Positions 1 to 10,360 are shown, counted from the stretch's first letter. The stretch is 32,000 nucleotides of DNA from Desulfotalea psychrophila LSv54 (GCF_000025945.1 NC_006138.1:3491384-3523383); one strand, 5' to 3'. The notes: generated by a model from the sequence alone, not told the origin. Program-made: numbers and translations.

Positions 1-2
1 AG

Positions 3-584
3 GAGGCCATCGCCCTCGATATTGGCTGTGGCAAAACACAGAACAGGGCCCCATGCCAACTGGCAGGCTATCAATATCTCGGCATTGACTACCGCGAAGC
101 AGATGCTCTTTTCCTGGCCGATGCCCAGGCCCTGCCTCTGGCGGATAACAGTATCGACTTTGCCCTCTCCCTTGCCGTCCTTGAGCACCTACCCCACCCT
201 GAAATCATGCTCAGAGAGGCCTTCAGAGTCCTGAAAAATGGCGCTAGATTCATTGGTTCCGTTGCCTTCCTCCAACCATTTCATGATGGTAGCTATTACC
301 ATTTCACCCACCTGGGGCTCTACTCTATGCTCCATGACATAGGCTTTGAAGTAGAGCTCATCGCCCCCAGCAGGGAATACTCAGTACTGATCGCCACGAG
401 CAGGCAGCTCTTTAGAAAAATGGATAGAAGGTACAGCAAAAAAATCATCCAACCCATAATCTTTCTCCATAAACTCTGGTGGAAATTCCAACCAATCAGC
501 CCCCATGACAGGGACCTCTCCGAAATCAAAAGATTATTAAAATTTTCCGGGGCCCACCACTTTGTTGTCCACAAAAAGCAGTAG
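3..584 (+). CDS. class I SAM-dependent methyltransferase, 5' end truncated by window edge
   Basis: Frame 3 is open from the window edge and reads EAIALDIGCGKTQNRAPCQLAGYQYLGIDYREADALFLADAQALPLADNSIDFALSLAVLEHLPHPEIMLREAFRVLKNGARF. This has motif I (LDIGCG) and the typical ADAxxLPxxDxSxDxxxSxxVLEHL block. The listed ORF 207..584 is only its C-terminal part. Confidence 0.85.
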   Translation, partial: EAIALDIGCGKTQNRAPCQLAGYQYLGIDYREADALFLADAQALPLADNSIDFALSLAVLEHLPHPEIMLREAFRVLKNGARFIGSVAFLQPFHDGSYYHFTHLGLYSMLHDIGFEVELIAPSREYSVLIATSRQLFRKMDRRYSKKIIQPIIFLHKLWWKFQPISPHDRDLSEIKRLLKFSGAHHFVVHKKQ

Positions 585-763
585 AGAAAACGGGAAGCTA
601 AAACTATATCCTCACTGCCCTCTTGTGGTTACAGCTCTTCGTTCCTATAATCATGGCAGAGAATTTTTTGACTTACATGGGGAAGATTTGCCTTTGCCTA
701 AAACTATGGTATATCTTTAGCTTATAACATGACCACCTATTTCAACGGAAAAGGAGTGTCTTT

Positions 764-1315
764 ATGGACCAGGAAAAATGTACATTATTTAGCAGTGGCC
801 TCAAGGGTGCCGAAACATCATTTGGCGAAACAGCGGAAAAGTGGGGGGTAAAAGAGGTTATCTACTCTTTTGAAACCCATAAGCTGCAAAGAGAGCGAAA
901 CGTCATTCTCCTTAGCCAAGAAGAACTTGAACGTGGTGATATCAGTATGGAGCTTGCCTCGCGCATGCTCAACCGCACCTACTACGAAACTAAAAAGATT
1001 CGTAAGGTTCTGCAGACTATTTTTCATATGATTAACGGTGGCCATCAGGTTTTTGTTATTGGTACAATCCAGGACGATAAATCCGTAAAGGGTGGTACAG
1101 GTTGGGCAGTGGAACTTGCCAAAATGTTTAACCGACCACTGCATGTCTACGATCAACCAAACAAAAAATGGTTTACCTGGAAAAACGACTGGGTAGAAGA
1201 TGAGCCTACTATTGAATACGATACCTTTGTTGGCTCTGGAACCCGCTATCTAAGCGATGCAGGGCACCAAGCCATTGAAGATCTTTTTGCCAGATCATTT
1301 AAAGAAACGAATTAA
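764..1315 (+). CDS. conserved hypothetical protein, possible SLOG/nucleotide-binding Rossmann-like fold
   Basis: 183 aa ORF followed by an intrinsic terminator. Contains VFVIGTIQDDKSVKGGTGWAVELAKMFNRPLHVYDQ and a C-terminal TFVGSGTRYLSDAGHQAIEDLF block. Confidence 0.7.
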   Translation: MDQEKCTLFSSGLKGAETSFGETAEKWGVKEVIYSFETHKLQRERNVILLSQEELERGDISMELASRMLNRTYYETKKIRKVLQTIFHMINGGHQVFVIGTIQDDKSVKGGTGWAVELAKMFNRPLHVYDQPNKKWFTWKNDWVEDEPTIEYDTFVGSGTRYLSDAGHQAIEDLFARSFKETN

Positions 1316-1330
1316 GAACCGTTCTAAAAG

Positions 1331-1367
1331 AGAGGTCATGGAAGAATTGCTTCTATGACCCTTTTTT
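1331..1367 (+). terminator. intrinsic terminator downstream of 764..1315
   Basis: GGTCATGGAAG / CTTCTATGACC stem (one G-U pair) with a short loop, followed by CTTTTTTT. Confidence 0.75.
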
Positions 1368-1682
1368 TCATCCTCCCTACCAAAAAAAATTCTGGCAACA
1401 AATACCAGTATCACCTTGCATTTACGGACTTTTCGCTGAATAACTGCAATTCATCCCTTTTTTTTTTCGTTGACATGATCCGCCAACAAAGGTTATATGT
1501 TGTCGTTTTGTCTACAACCTACAGACCAAAAAAGATACTCATCTCCTTCTTTTTCCGTTGAAACAAGAACGGCCACCTTGATGACTCTCCTTTTGCTGCC
1601 ATGCGCAGAAAACAAATAGTAACAGCACGCCTCAGTTCATCTTCACGCGCCACCAATGTGGCCACAAAAGAGGGAAGAAGTA

Positions 1683-2810
1683 ATGAAAGCAATTATCGCT
1701 TTAGAAGACGGCACTATTTTTGAAGGTAAATCGTTCACCGGTCGCGGAGAGGCAATTGGTGAAATCGTATTTAACACTTCTATGAGTGGTTATCAGGAAA
1801 TACTCACGGATCCATCCTACACCGGTCAGATAGTTACAATGACCTATCCCATGATCGGTAACTATGGGATCAACCCTGAAGATATGGAATCTTCTTCGGT
1901 GCATCCAAAGGCATTTCTTGTAAAAGAATACAACGCTTTCCCATCAAACTATCGTTCAACCCAGCCTCTCGCCCAGTTCCTGGAAACATACGGAGTCCTT
2001 GGCGTAGAGGGATTTGACACCAGGGCCCTGGTTCGACACATCCGTAAGGCCGGTGCCATGAAAGGTATCGTCTCCACCGAAGACCTTGACCATGCATCTC
2101 TTGTTAAGAAGGCTCAGGAGTGGACAGGCCTCGTCGGTCAAAACATGGTTGAACGGGTTTCCTGCGAAAAGCCCTATGGCTGGGCCGACAATATGCCTCT
2201 CAGCGGCAGCAACTTCAGCACAGCAAAGTCTGCGGATAATAACGAAAAAGCATTTAAGGTTGTAGCCTTTGACTTTGGCATCAAGTACAACCAACTGCGC
2301 ATCCTTGCAGAGAAAGGTTGCCAGGTACAGGTAGTACCTGCCACAACCAGCGCCCAGGCAGTGCTTGACATGAATCCCGATGGCATTTTCCTCTCCAACG
2401 GCCCCGGCGATCCGGAAGGCGTTGAGGGCGTTGTTGACACCATCCGTGAACTGCTCGGCAAAAAACCAATCTTTGGCATCTGCCTTGGTCACCAAATACT
2501 CGGCCTGGCCTATGGAGCCCGTAGCTACAAGCTCAAGTTTGGTCATCGCGGCGGCAATCAGCCGGTAAAGAATTTAGAAACAGGCAAGGTAGAAATCACC
2601 TCCCAGAATCATGGTTTCTGCATTGACACGACAAGCCTGAACGAGGAGGATGTAAAAATCACTCACATCAACCTCAACGACAATTCCGTTGAAGGAATGC
2701 GTCACCGAAAATTCCCTGCTTTCTCAGTACAATATCACCCAGAACATGCACCTGGTCCACACGATGCGACCTACCTCTTCGATGAATTCATCGAGATGAT
2801 GCAGCAGTAG
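1683..2810 (+). CDS. carA: carbamoyl-phosphate synthase small subunit
   Basis: MKAIIALEDGTIFEGKSFTGRG... start follows GAGGAAG-like RBS. Class I glutamine amidotransferase motifs include LSNGPGDPEG, GICLGHQILG and SVQYHPEHAPGPHD. The upstream in-frame ATG at 1656 is less likely. Confidence 0.97.
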   Translation: MKAIIALEDGTIFEGKSFTGRGEAIGEIVFNTSMSGYQEILTDPSYTGQIVTMTYPMIGNYGINPEDMESSSVHPKAFLVKEYNAFPSNYRSTQPLAQFLETYGVLGVEGFDTRALVRHIRKAGAMKGIVSTEDLDHASLVKKAQEWTGLVGQNMVERVSCEKPYGWADNMPLSGSNFSTAKSADNNEKAFKVVAFDFGIKYNQLRILAEKGCQVQVVPATTSAQAVLDMNPDGIFLSNGPGDPEGVEGVVDTIRELLGKKPIFGICLGHQILGLAYGARSYKLKFGHRGGNQPVKNLETGKVEITSQNHGFCIDTTSLNEEDVKITHINLNDNSVEGMRHRKFPAFSVQYHPEHAPGPHDATYLFDEFIEMMQQ

Positions 2811-2858
2811 CAGGGATATTTCTTAAATTCTTCATCCTCAACGTATAGAGACAGAATC

Positions 2859-5800
2859 ATGCCAAAAAGAACAGATATAAAAAAGATTCTCATCATCGGC
2901 TCTGGCCCAATTATTATCAGCCAGGCCTGTGAGTTTGATTACTCCGGCGCCCAGGCGGTAAAGGCCCTGAAAGAAGAGGGATATGAGGTCATCCTCATCA
3001 ACTCTAATCCGGCAACCATCATGACGGATCCGGAACTTGCCGATGCCACCTACATAGAGCCCATCACCCCGGAATGCGTTACCAAGGTTATTGCCAAGGA
3101 GCGTCCAGACGCTCTTCTGCCTACCCTTGGTGGGCAGACAGCCCTGAACACCGCCATCAAGCTCGCCGAGCTAGGTGTTCTGGAACAGTACAATGTTGAG
3201 CTATTAGCTGCCGATATTGCCGTGATCAAGAAGGCCGAGGGCCGGGAAGAGTTCCGTGATGCCATGCACGCAATCGGTCTCAATGTGCCAGAGTCTGCCA
3301 TCGTCCACGACCTTGAGTCCGCCATGGCAGCAGGCGAGGACATTGGTTTTCCAATCATCGTTCGCCCAAGCTTTACCCTCGGTGGAACAGGTGGTGGTAT
3401 TGCCTACAACCGCCAGGAACTGGAAGAGCTCTGTACCTCTGGCCTCGACCTCTCCATGACCACCGAGATCATGGTAGAGCGCAGTCTGCTTGGCTGGAAA
3501 GAGTTTGAGCTTGAGGTTATGCGCGATAAAAATGACAACGTTGTTATCATCTGCTCCATTGAAAACATCGATGCCATGGGCGTCCATACCGGTGACTCCA
3601 TCACCGTGGCCCCAGCCCAAACCCTCACCGACCGTGAATACCAGGAAATGCGTGATGCGGCAGTTGCCATCATCCGCGAGATCGGCGTTGAAACCGGTGG
3701 TTCCAATGTCCAGTTTGCGGTGAATCCTGCCGATGGCGAACTGATGATCATTGAGATGAATCCTCGTGTTTCCAGAAGTTCAGCCCTAGCCTCCAAGGCA
3801 ACGGGTTTTCCTATTGCCAAGATTGCAGCAAAGCTTGCCGTTGGCTACACCCTCGATGAACTGAAAAATGACATCACCGAGGAGACCTACGCATCCTTTG
3901 AACCCACCATCGATTACTGTGTGGTTAAGATCCCTCGCTGGACCTTTGAGAAGTTCCCCGAGGCCGAGGATAAACTCTCCACAGCCATGAAGTCCGTCGG
4001 CGAAACCATGTCCATGGGTCGTACCTTCAAGGAGGCATTCCAAAAGGCAATGCGCTCGTTGGAAACAGGACGGGCAGGATTTGGTGGCGACGGCAAAGAG
4101 TTGCTCACCGACATCGATGCCATAGACCTTGAGCATAACCTACGTACCCCGAACTCCAAAAGAGTCGGCTACATCCACGAGGCTCTCAAACGTGGTATGT
4201 CCCTGGAAGAAATCCACGAATTCACCTTAATCGACCCATGGTTTCTCTACAATTTCAAGCAGATTGTTGAAAAAGAGGAAGAGATCATCGCGCACGGCTT
4301 TCAGGGCATCGACGCTGAGTTCCTTCGTGGCTGCAAAGAGTACGGTTTTTCCGACATCCAGCTCGGCTACCTGACCGGCACCACCGAGGACGATATCCGC
4401 AAGCTCCGTCTGGAGATGGAGATAAGGCCTGTATACAAGATGGTTGATACCTGCGGTGCTGAATTTGAGTCTAACACCCCATACTACTACTCAACCTACG
4501 AGCAGGAAAATGAGGCCATTGAAACCTCCGGCAAAAAAATTATCATTCTTGGTGGCGGGCCCAACCGTATCGGTCAGGGCATTGAGTTTGATTACTGCTG
4601 TGTCCATGCAGCCTTTGCCCTGAAGGAACTTGGGGTTGAATCTATCATGATCAACTCCAACCCAGAGACGGTCTCCACCGATTATGACACCTCCGATAAG
4701 CTCTACTTCGAGCCCCTTACCCGTGAGGATGTACTCAATATCATCGAACAGGAAAAACCCTATGGAGTCATTGTTCAATTTGGTGGACAGACACCTCTCA
4801 ACCTTGCTGTCCCCCTTGAAAATGCGGGTATAAGGATCATTGGCACCCAGCCGGATGCCATTGACCGGGCCGAGGACCGTAAGCGTTTCCAACAGTTTCT
4901 GCAAAAACTGGGTCTGCGTCAGCCGGAAAATGATACCGTATCTACCCTTGAAGAAGCACTCGCGTCAGCAAACCGCATTGGCTATCCCGTTGTGGTTCGT
5001 CCCTCCTATGTACTGGGTGGACGAAACATGCGTATTGTCTATACAGACCAAGGTATTCGCGATTTCATGATTGCCGTTGGTGGCACCAATTTGGAACATC
5101 CTATCCTCGTTGATAAGTTCCTCCAGGAAGCCATTGAAGTTGATGTCGACGCCCTCTGTGATGGCGAAGATACCATTATCGGCGGCATCATGGAGCATAT
5201 TGAAGAGGCAGGTATTCACTCCGGAGATTCATCCTGTGTATTGCCTCCACACACCCTCTCTCTTGAGCTGGTAAAAGAGATCAAGGCTGCTTCAAAGGCC
5301 ATGGCCAAAGAGCTTGGCGTTATCGGCCTGATGAATGTTCAGTTCGCCATCAAGGACAAGCAAGTCTATATTCTTGAAGTGAACCCTCGCGCCTCCAGAA
5401 CCGTCCCCTTTGTCAGCAAGGCAACGGGAGTACCTCTGGCCAAACTCGCCACCAAGGTAATGATGGGTGCACGCCTCAAGGATCTTGGACTCACTCGCGA
5501 CCCCTACATTGATCATTGGGCCGTTAAAGAGGCTGTTTTTCCCTTTGATCGCTTCGACAAGGTAGATACCCTCTTGGGACCTGAGATGAAATCAACCGGT
5601 GAAGTTATGGGCATTGACGATAACCTCGGTCTTGCCATTGCCAAGGCACATCTGGCATCCGGTTCAACCCTGCCCACGGAAGGAACTGTCTTTATCAGTG
5701 TTCGAGACAACGATAAGGCACACAGCGTTGAGGTGGCAAAGTCACTCCTGCAACTTGGATTTTCTATCTGTGCCACCGCAGGCACCGCCCAATATCTCCA

Positions 5801-6080
5801 AGATAAGGATATCGACTGTAGCCCAGTGAACAAGATCAGTCAGGGACGTCCACATATTCTTGACAAGGTGCAGGATGGTCAAATCGCCTGGATCATAAAC
5901 ACCTCACTGGGAAGACGCACCACCGAAGATTCTTACCAGATCCGCAGATCGGCCCTTGATTATCACATTCCATACACCACCACCATCACCGGTGCTGCGG
6001 CAGTGATCAAGGCCATTCATGATCTCAGCACAAAAGAGCTTAACGTACAACCAGTTCAGTACTTTACCGGCAAAGAATAA
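2859..6080 (+). CDS. carB: carbamoyl-phosphate synthase large subunit
   Basis: 1073 aa, [33 protein letters not shown]..., duplicated ATP-grasp halves, located directly downstream of carA. Confidence 0.98.
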   Translation: MPKRTDIKKILIIGSGPIIISQACEFDYSGAQAVKALKEEGYEVILINSNPATIMTDPELADATYIEPITPECVTKVIAKERPDALLPTLGGQTALNTAIKLAELGVLEQYNVELLAADIAVIKKAEGREEFRDAMHAIGLNVPESAIVHDLESAMAAGEDIGFPIIVRPSFTLGGTGGGIAYNRQELEELCTSGLDLSMTTEIMVERSLLGWKEFELEVMRDKNDNVVIICSIENIDAMGVHTGDSITVAPAQTLTDREYQEMRDAAVAIIREIGVETGGSNVQFAVNPADGELMIIEMNPRVSRSSALASKATGFPIAKIAAKLAVGYTLDELKNDITEETYASFEPTIDYCVVKIPRWTFEKFPEAEDKLSTAMKSVGETMSMGRTFKEAFQKAMRSLETGRAGFGGDGKELLTDIDAIDLEHNLRTPNSKRVGYIHEALKRGMSLEEIHEFTLIDPWFLYNFKQIVEKEEEIIAHGFQGIDAEFLRGCKEYGFSDIQLGYLTGTTEDDIRKLRLEMEIRPVYKMVDTCGAEFESNTPYYYSTYEQENEAIETSGKKIIILGGGPNRIGQGIEFDYCCVHAAFALKELGVESIMINSNPETVSTDYDTSDKLYFEPLTREDVLNIIEQEKPYGVIVQFGGQTPLNLAVPLENAGIRIIGTQPDAIDRAEDRKRFQQFLQKLGLRQPENDTVSTLEEALASANRIGYPVVVRPSYVLGGRNMRIVYTDQGIRDFMIAVGGTNLEHPILVDKFLQEAIEVDVDALCDGEDTIIGGIMEHIEEAGIHSGDSSCVLPPHTLSLELVKEIKAASKAMAKELGVIGLMNVQFAIKDKQVYILEVNPRASRTVPFVSKATGVPLAKLATKVMMGARLKDLGLTRDPYIDHWAVKEAVFPFDRFDKVDTLLGPEMKSTGEVMGIDDNLGLAIAKAHLASGSTLPTEGTVFISVRDNDKAHSVEVAKSLLQLGFSICATAGTAQYLQDKDIDCSPVNKISQGRPHILDKVQDGQIAWIINTSLGRRTTEDSYQIRRSALDYHIPYTTTITGAAAVIKAIHDLSTKELNVQPVQYFTGKE

Positions 6081-6132
6081 TTTCCTCCTCCCTACTCCGA
6101 GACATTAGAGTGGGACCGATAAAATACCAAAG

Positions 6133-6167
6133 AAGGGTGTAGGCCTAGACCTACACCCTTTTTTTTG
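6133..6167 (+). terminator. intrinsic terminator of carAB
   Basis: GGGTGTAGG-cctaga-CCTACACCC perfect stem followed by TTTTTTTT. Confidence 0.9.
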
Positions 6168-6321
6168 GTACTTTTCTTATACAAACCATTTTAATGCTCG
6201 ACATAGCTTATTTATGTTTTAAAGTAGTGCCTTAGATTTATATTGTTTAGTATTTACTTTTTTTCTTGAGCGAAATTATATCGTTGCCTAGCACCGGTAA
6301 AAAGGGCGACCGGAGGTCTCT

Positions 6322-8376
6322 TTGAATACTTTTTACAAAAACTTGAGCATGTGGCTGGTCATTGGTCTTACCATGATTCTGCTCTTCAACCTCTTCAATC
6401 AACCCCAACCCACGAACAACAAAATCACCTACAGCGATTTTATCTCAAACGTTGAGAGCAAGGGCATCAGTCGTGTCAGTATCACGGGTGATACCATCAC
6501 AGGAAAACTACAAAACGGGCAAAGTTTTAAAACAATTTACCCAGCAAATGACGCTGAGATGATGTCAATACTACGCAAATCAGGCGTGGATATCGATATT
6601 AAAGAGGCAGAAAAAGATTCCTTTTTCACAACTCTTTTCATCTCTTGGTTCCCCATGTTGCTCCTCATCGGTGTCTGGATATTCTTTATGCGTCAGATGC
6701 AGGGTGGTGGCAAGGGCGGCGCTATGTCCTTTGGCAAAACCAAGGCCAAGCTCATCCCAGAAGAGAACAACACAGTTACCTTTGCAGATGTTGCCGGTAT
6801 TGACGAGGCCAAAGAAGAACTCGAAGAGATCGTTGATTTCCTCAAAGATCCAAGCAAGTTCACTGATCTTGGCGGAAATATACCAACGGGTGTGCTCCTC
6901 TCGGGCCCTCCGGGAACAGGTAAAACCCTGCTGGCCAGAGCAATCGCCGGTGAGGCTCAGGTTCCATTTTTCACCATTTCCGGTTCCGACTTTGTTGAGA
7001 TGTTTGTCGGTGTCGGTGCCTCCCGAGTTCGTGACATGTTTGCCGAGGGCAAAAAAAGTGCCCCATGTATCATCTTTATCGATGAAATTGATGCCGTAGG
7101 GCGTCACCGTGGGGCGGGACTTGGCGGTGGTCACGATGAACGTGAGCAAACCCTGAACCAACTCCTCGTTGAGATGGACGGTTTTCAAAGCAACGAAGGG
7201 GTTATTGTTATTGCGGCCACAAACCGCCCGGATGTACTTGATCCTGCCCTTCTTCGTCCAGGCCGTTTTGACCGTCAGGTAAATGTGCCCGTACCCGATC
7301 TGAAAGGACGTAAGAAAATCCTTGAGATATACGCCGCTAAAACCAAGATGGCGCCTATGATTGACCTCGAAATTCTTGCCCGAGGCACCCCTGGTTTTTC
7401 CGGTGCCGATCTTGAGAACCTGATCAACGAGGCGGCCCTTCTTGCTGCCAGAACAGGCAAAAAAGAGATCAACCTTGAGCTTCTTGAAAAGGCAAAGGAT
7501 AAGATCATGATGGGGCCTGAACGACGCTCCATGATGCTTAATGAAAAAGAGAAAGAGATCACTGCCTATCATGAGGCAGGTCACGCCCTTATTGCCTGGC
7601 TCTTGCCGGGAACAGATCCGGTCCACAAGGTAACCATCATCCCCCGTGGACGAGCACTTGGGGTTACCATGCAGTTGCCGGTGGATGAAAAATACACCCA
7701 CTCTAAAACATTTTTAGAGAACACCATCTGTATTCTTTTTGGTGGTCGTATTGCCGAGAAAATTATCTTTAACGAGATTACCACCGGGGCAGGCAATGAT
7801 ATTGAACGTGCCTCCGGCCTTGCCCGCAAGATGGTCTGCGAATGGGGTATGAGCGACGAGCTTGGTCCTATCACCTACGGTAAAAAGGAAGAGCAAATTT
7901 TCCTTGGCAGGGACATTGGTCAGGATCGTGGTTTTAGCGAAGCAACCGCCCAGGAGATTGATGCAGCCGTACGCAATATTGTTAACAAGGCATCTATAAG
8001 GGTAACAAGACTCTTAGAGGATCATAAAGATATCCTGAAGAAGATGTCCGAAGAGCTGATTGAGAACGAGACTCTCAACCTCGACGATATCGAAGAACTC
8101 ATCGAAAAGTTACGTCCCGGCCAGTACACAAGCAAAAAGCCCACGGTTGTTATGACCCAAAAAGAAGAACCAGTGGAGAAGGTACCGGTGGAAGAGCCGG
8201 TGATGGAAGAAGCGCCAGTGGAGGAACCAGTGGTGGAGGAAGCACCGGAAACGGCCAAAGCACCTCCTGCTGAAAAGAAGGCTCCGGCCAAGAAGGCTCC
8301 AGCTGTAGCCCCGGCTGACGCCCCCGAAGCTGCACGGGAAGCGGATATGCCAGCTAACCCCTTTGACAAAAACTAG
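6322..8376 (+). CDS. ftsH: ATP-dependent zinc metalloprotease FtsH
   Basis: N-terminal TM segment, GPPGTGKT Walker [15 protein letters not shown] region, HEAGH zinc motif and a V/E/P/A-rich C-terminal tail. The start appears to be TTG after GGAGG (coordinate from ORF track, could be off by a base). Confidence 0.97.
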   Translation: MNTFYKNLSMWLVIGLTMILLFNLFNQPQPTNNKITYSDFISNVESKGISRVSITGDTITGKLQNGQSFKTIYPANDAEMMSILRKSGVDIDIKEAEKDSFFTTLFISWFPMLLLIGVWIFFMRQMQGGGKGGAMSFGKTKAKLIPEENNTVTFADVAGIDEAKEELEEIVDFLKDPSKFTDLGGNIPTGVLLSGPPGTGKTLLARAIAGEAQVPFFTISGSDFVEMFVGVGASRVRDMFAEGKKSAPCIIFIDEIDAVGRHRGAGLGGGHDEREQTLNQLLVEMDGFQSNEGVIVIAATNRPDVLDPALLRPGRFDRQVNVPVPDLKGRKKILEIYAAKTKMAPMIDLEILARGTPGFSGADLENLINEAALLAARTGKKEINLELLEKAKDKIMMGPERRSMMLNEKEKEITAYHEAGHALIAWLLPGTDPVHKVTIIPRGRALGVTMQLPVDEKYTHSKTFLENTICILFGGRIAEKIIFNEITTGAGNDIERASGLARKMVCEWGMSDELGPITYGKKEEQIFLGRDIGQDRGFSEATAQEIDAAVRNIVNKASIRVTRLLEDHKDILKKMSEELIENETLNLDDIEELIEKLRPGQYTSKKPTVVMTQKEEPVEKVPVEEPVMEEAPVEEPVVEEAPETAKAPPAEKKAPAKKAPAVAPADAPEAAREADMPANPFDKN

Positions 8377-8384
8377 TCCCATGG

Positions 8385-8421
8385 TTTTCCCGCATCCATG
8401 CAGTCCGTGGATGCGGGAAAA
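8385..8421 (+). promoter_or_regulatory. strong stem-loop between ftsH and folP
   Basis: TTTTCCCGCATCCA / TGGATGCGGGAAAA: 14-bp perfect inverted repeat, 9-nt spacer, ending 5 nt before the folP ATG. No 3' T-tract. Confidence 0.65.
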
Positions 8422-8426
8422 ATAGT

Positions 8427-9257
8427 ATGAAAAACACCCCTTCAGTAGTCCCCGGAAGTCCCATAAAGATCATGGGCATCCTTAACACCACTCCAGATTC
8501 ATTTTCCGATGGCGGCAACTACAATAGCGTCGACAAGGCCTTAGCCCAGGCGGAGAAGCTCATCGCCGACGGTGCCGACATTATTGATATTGGTGGTGAA
8601 TCGACCCGTCCAGGCTCTCTTCCAGTTTCGCTAGCCGAGGAGCTGCAACGGGTAATCCCTGTTATTTCTGCCCTGCACGCCATCTCTGCTATCACCATTT
8701 CCATAGATACCACCAAGGCAGAGGTTGCCCGTCAGGCTCTGCTCGCTGGTGCCCATATCATCAATGACATATCGGCCCTTTCCATGGATGAGGCAATGGT
8801 AGATGTCCTCCAAGACTCCACCGCAGATGTGGTGCTTATGCATATGCAGGGCAGGCCGGAAACCATGCAGAATGCACCGGTCTACGACAACGTCACCGAA
8901 GAGGTCTATCACTATTTTGAGAAGCGGATCGAATGGTTAGAGAAAAAAGGTATTAGCCGCAAACGAATCATCGTTGACCCGGGCATTGGCTTTGGCAAAA
9001 CCCTGCAGCATAATATTGAGCTACTTAAAAATCTCGATTTTATGGCCTCCCTGGGCTCTGCCCTCCTGCTTGGTCACTCACGTAAGAGGTTCCTAGGGGC
9101 CATTACCGGTCGCGACACGGGGGACAGGGATCTGGCAACGGCTGTAACCGCGGCCCTCTGCGCCTCACAAAAAATGGATATCGTTCGGGTACATAATGTG
9201 GCCGCAACCCGGGATGCCCTCCTTATCGCCGAGGCCTTGCGTAAAAAAAAGCTGTAA
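8427..9257 (+). CDS. folP: dihydropteroate synthase
   Basis: MGILNTTPDSFSDGG, DIIDIGGESTRPGS and SALLLGHSRKRFLG motifs; 276 aa. The ftsH-folP order is common in bacteria. Confidence 0.96.
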   Translation: MKNTPSVVPGSPIKIMGILNTTPDSFSDGGNYNSVDKALAQAEKLIADGADIIDIGGESTRPGSLPVSLAEELQRVIPVISALHAISAITISIDTTKAEVARQALLAGAHIINDISALSMDEAMVDVLQDSTADVVLMHMQGRPETMQNAPVYDNVTEEVYHYFEKRIEWLEKKGISRKRIIVDPGIGFGKTLQHNIELLKNLDFMASLGSALLLGHSRKRFLGAITGRDTGDRDLATAVTAALCASQKMDIVRVHNVAATRDALLIAEALRKKKL

Positions 9258-9600
9258 GACTTGAGCTATCAGCTGTCAGAAACTGCCACTGCTTAAAAGC
9301 GAAAAGGAAAAGCAGTTAACCACTGGCAGCCAAGAGCACAGAGATAGAAAAAGATACGAGATACGAGATACGAGAAAAAAAACTTAACAGCTGAAAAAAA
9401 AGATTAAAAGATTTTTAAAAATCAAGCTGTTAAATTACTCGCCACTCCGCTCCGCCACTCGTTTGACGCCACTCGTTGTCACTCACTGCTACTCACTGCT
9501 ACTCGCTGCTGCTCTTTCTAGTATCCGCCATTCCGCTAACGCTCCACTGCCGCCACTCCGCTCTGCTTCGCTGCTGCTCTTTCTCACAGAGAAAGAACAT
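9258..9600. repeat. intergenic mosaic repeat region with short tandem repeats
   Basis: Contains AACTGCCACTGCTTAAAAGCGA (shared with about 31846-31867), AAAAGCAGTTAACCACTGG, GATACGA x3, ACTCACTGCT x3 plus variant, and TTAACAGCT...AGCTGTTAA. Confidence 0.7.
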
Positions 9601-9601
9601 A

Positions 9602-10360
9602 TTAGACATTTGCAAAGAGCAGACCGCTGGTGAGCCAGTAATAGATAATATAGCCACCGGCAATCAGCAAAAACAGAGCTGAAATGGTCTGCACATAGGG
9701 AAAGACCCTACGAAAAAATTTCTCCATCGCTCCCTGCTTAAGAACCACCATGCCCATGGTCAAAGAGGCCAGAACAAAAAATACCCCACAGATATAGATA
9801 ATAAACTGGGCAAAGGCCCCAGCCAAATTATCCGTCGCCACAGAGTTCATCACCACGGCAAGAAAAATAGGCAGGGTACAGCTTGTGGAGGCCGCACCAT
9901 AGGCCACCCCAAAGAGATAAAACCCCAGCACCGATATTTTCCGTGGATCACCAATTCTATTGGCTAGCCGCAGCATAAAGGGCAGGGAGACATGTTTTCC
10001 CAGGAGTAACCACAAGCCAAGAAACATTAGAAGAAATCCCACAATCAGGGCTATCCAGGGGGTAAAACTCAACAGATAAGAGCCACCATAGGCAATGGCA
10101 AAGCCCACCACCCCAAACAGAGAGGCAAAGCCCAGGGTAAGGACAAGGGCAACACCTATTGCCCGCAAGATCTTATACAAAAATGATCTTGAGGCATAAT
10201 CATCCTCCGTCGCCCCAATATAGAGAGAAACATATACAGGGAGCATAACAAAACCACAGGGGTTCACCGCCGAAACCATTCCCGCCCCAAAGGCGTAGCC
10301 CACCTGTAAATGTGTAGCAAGAAAAGTTAAGCCCTCACTGGCCAATACCTGCAATCCCAT
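9602..10360 (-). CDS. CcdA/DsbD-family cytochrome c biogenesis or thiol-disulfide transmembrane protein
   Basis: 252 aa multi-TM protein with VSAVNPCGFVMLPVYVSL and GVAYGAASTSCTLPIFLAV, the paired-Cys TM motifs of CcdA-like proteins. Confidence 0.85.
   Translation of the reverse strand: MGLQVLASEGLTFLATHLQVGYAFGAGMVSAVNPCGFVMLPVYVSLYIGATEDDYASRSFLYKILRAIGVALVLTLGFASLFGVVGFAIAYGGSYLLSFTPWIALIVGFLLMFLGLWLLLGKHVSLPFMLRLANRIGDPRKISVLGFYLFGVAYGAASTSCTLPIFLAVVMNSVATDNLAGAFAQFIIYICGVFFVLASLTMGMVVLKQGAMEKFFRRVFPYVQTISALFLLIAGGYIIYYWLTSGLLFANV

Noticed and set aside
1355-1561. 68-aa ORF between the SLOG-like gene and carA
   Set aside because: Starts inside the terminator hairpin, has a low-complexity Phe/Leu-rich product and no RBS.
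1956-2546. 196-aa minus-strand ORF antisense to carA
   Set aside because: Overlaps carA completely, with no RBS or domain signature.
3204-4159. Several 100-138 aa antisense ORFs inside carB
   Set aside because: Shadow ORFs of a highly conserved gene in a moderately GC-rich coding frame.
6580-7701. 373-aa minus-strand ORF antisense to ftsH
   Set aside because: It lies wholly within the strongly supported ftsH coding region, has no recognisable motifs, and is best explained as a codon-bias shadow ORF.
9258-9600. Possible CRISPR array
   Set aside because: The direct repeats are 7-10 bp tandem units without 25-40 bp repeats and unique spacers, and no cas genes are nearby.
9476-9682. 68-aa ORF across the tandem repeat array
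   Set aside because: Its sequence is simply the translation of the CACTGCTACT repeats plus antisense of the ccdA-like 3' end, so it is not a credible protein.
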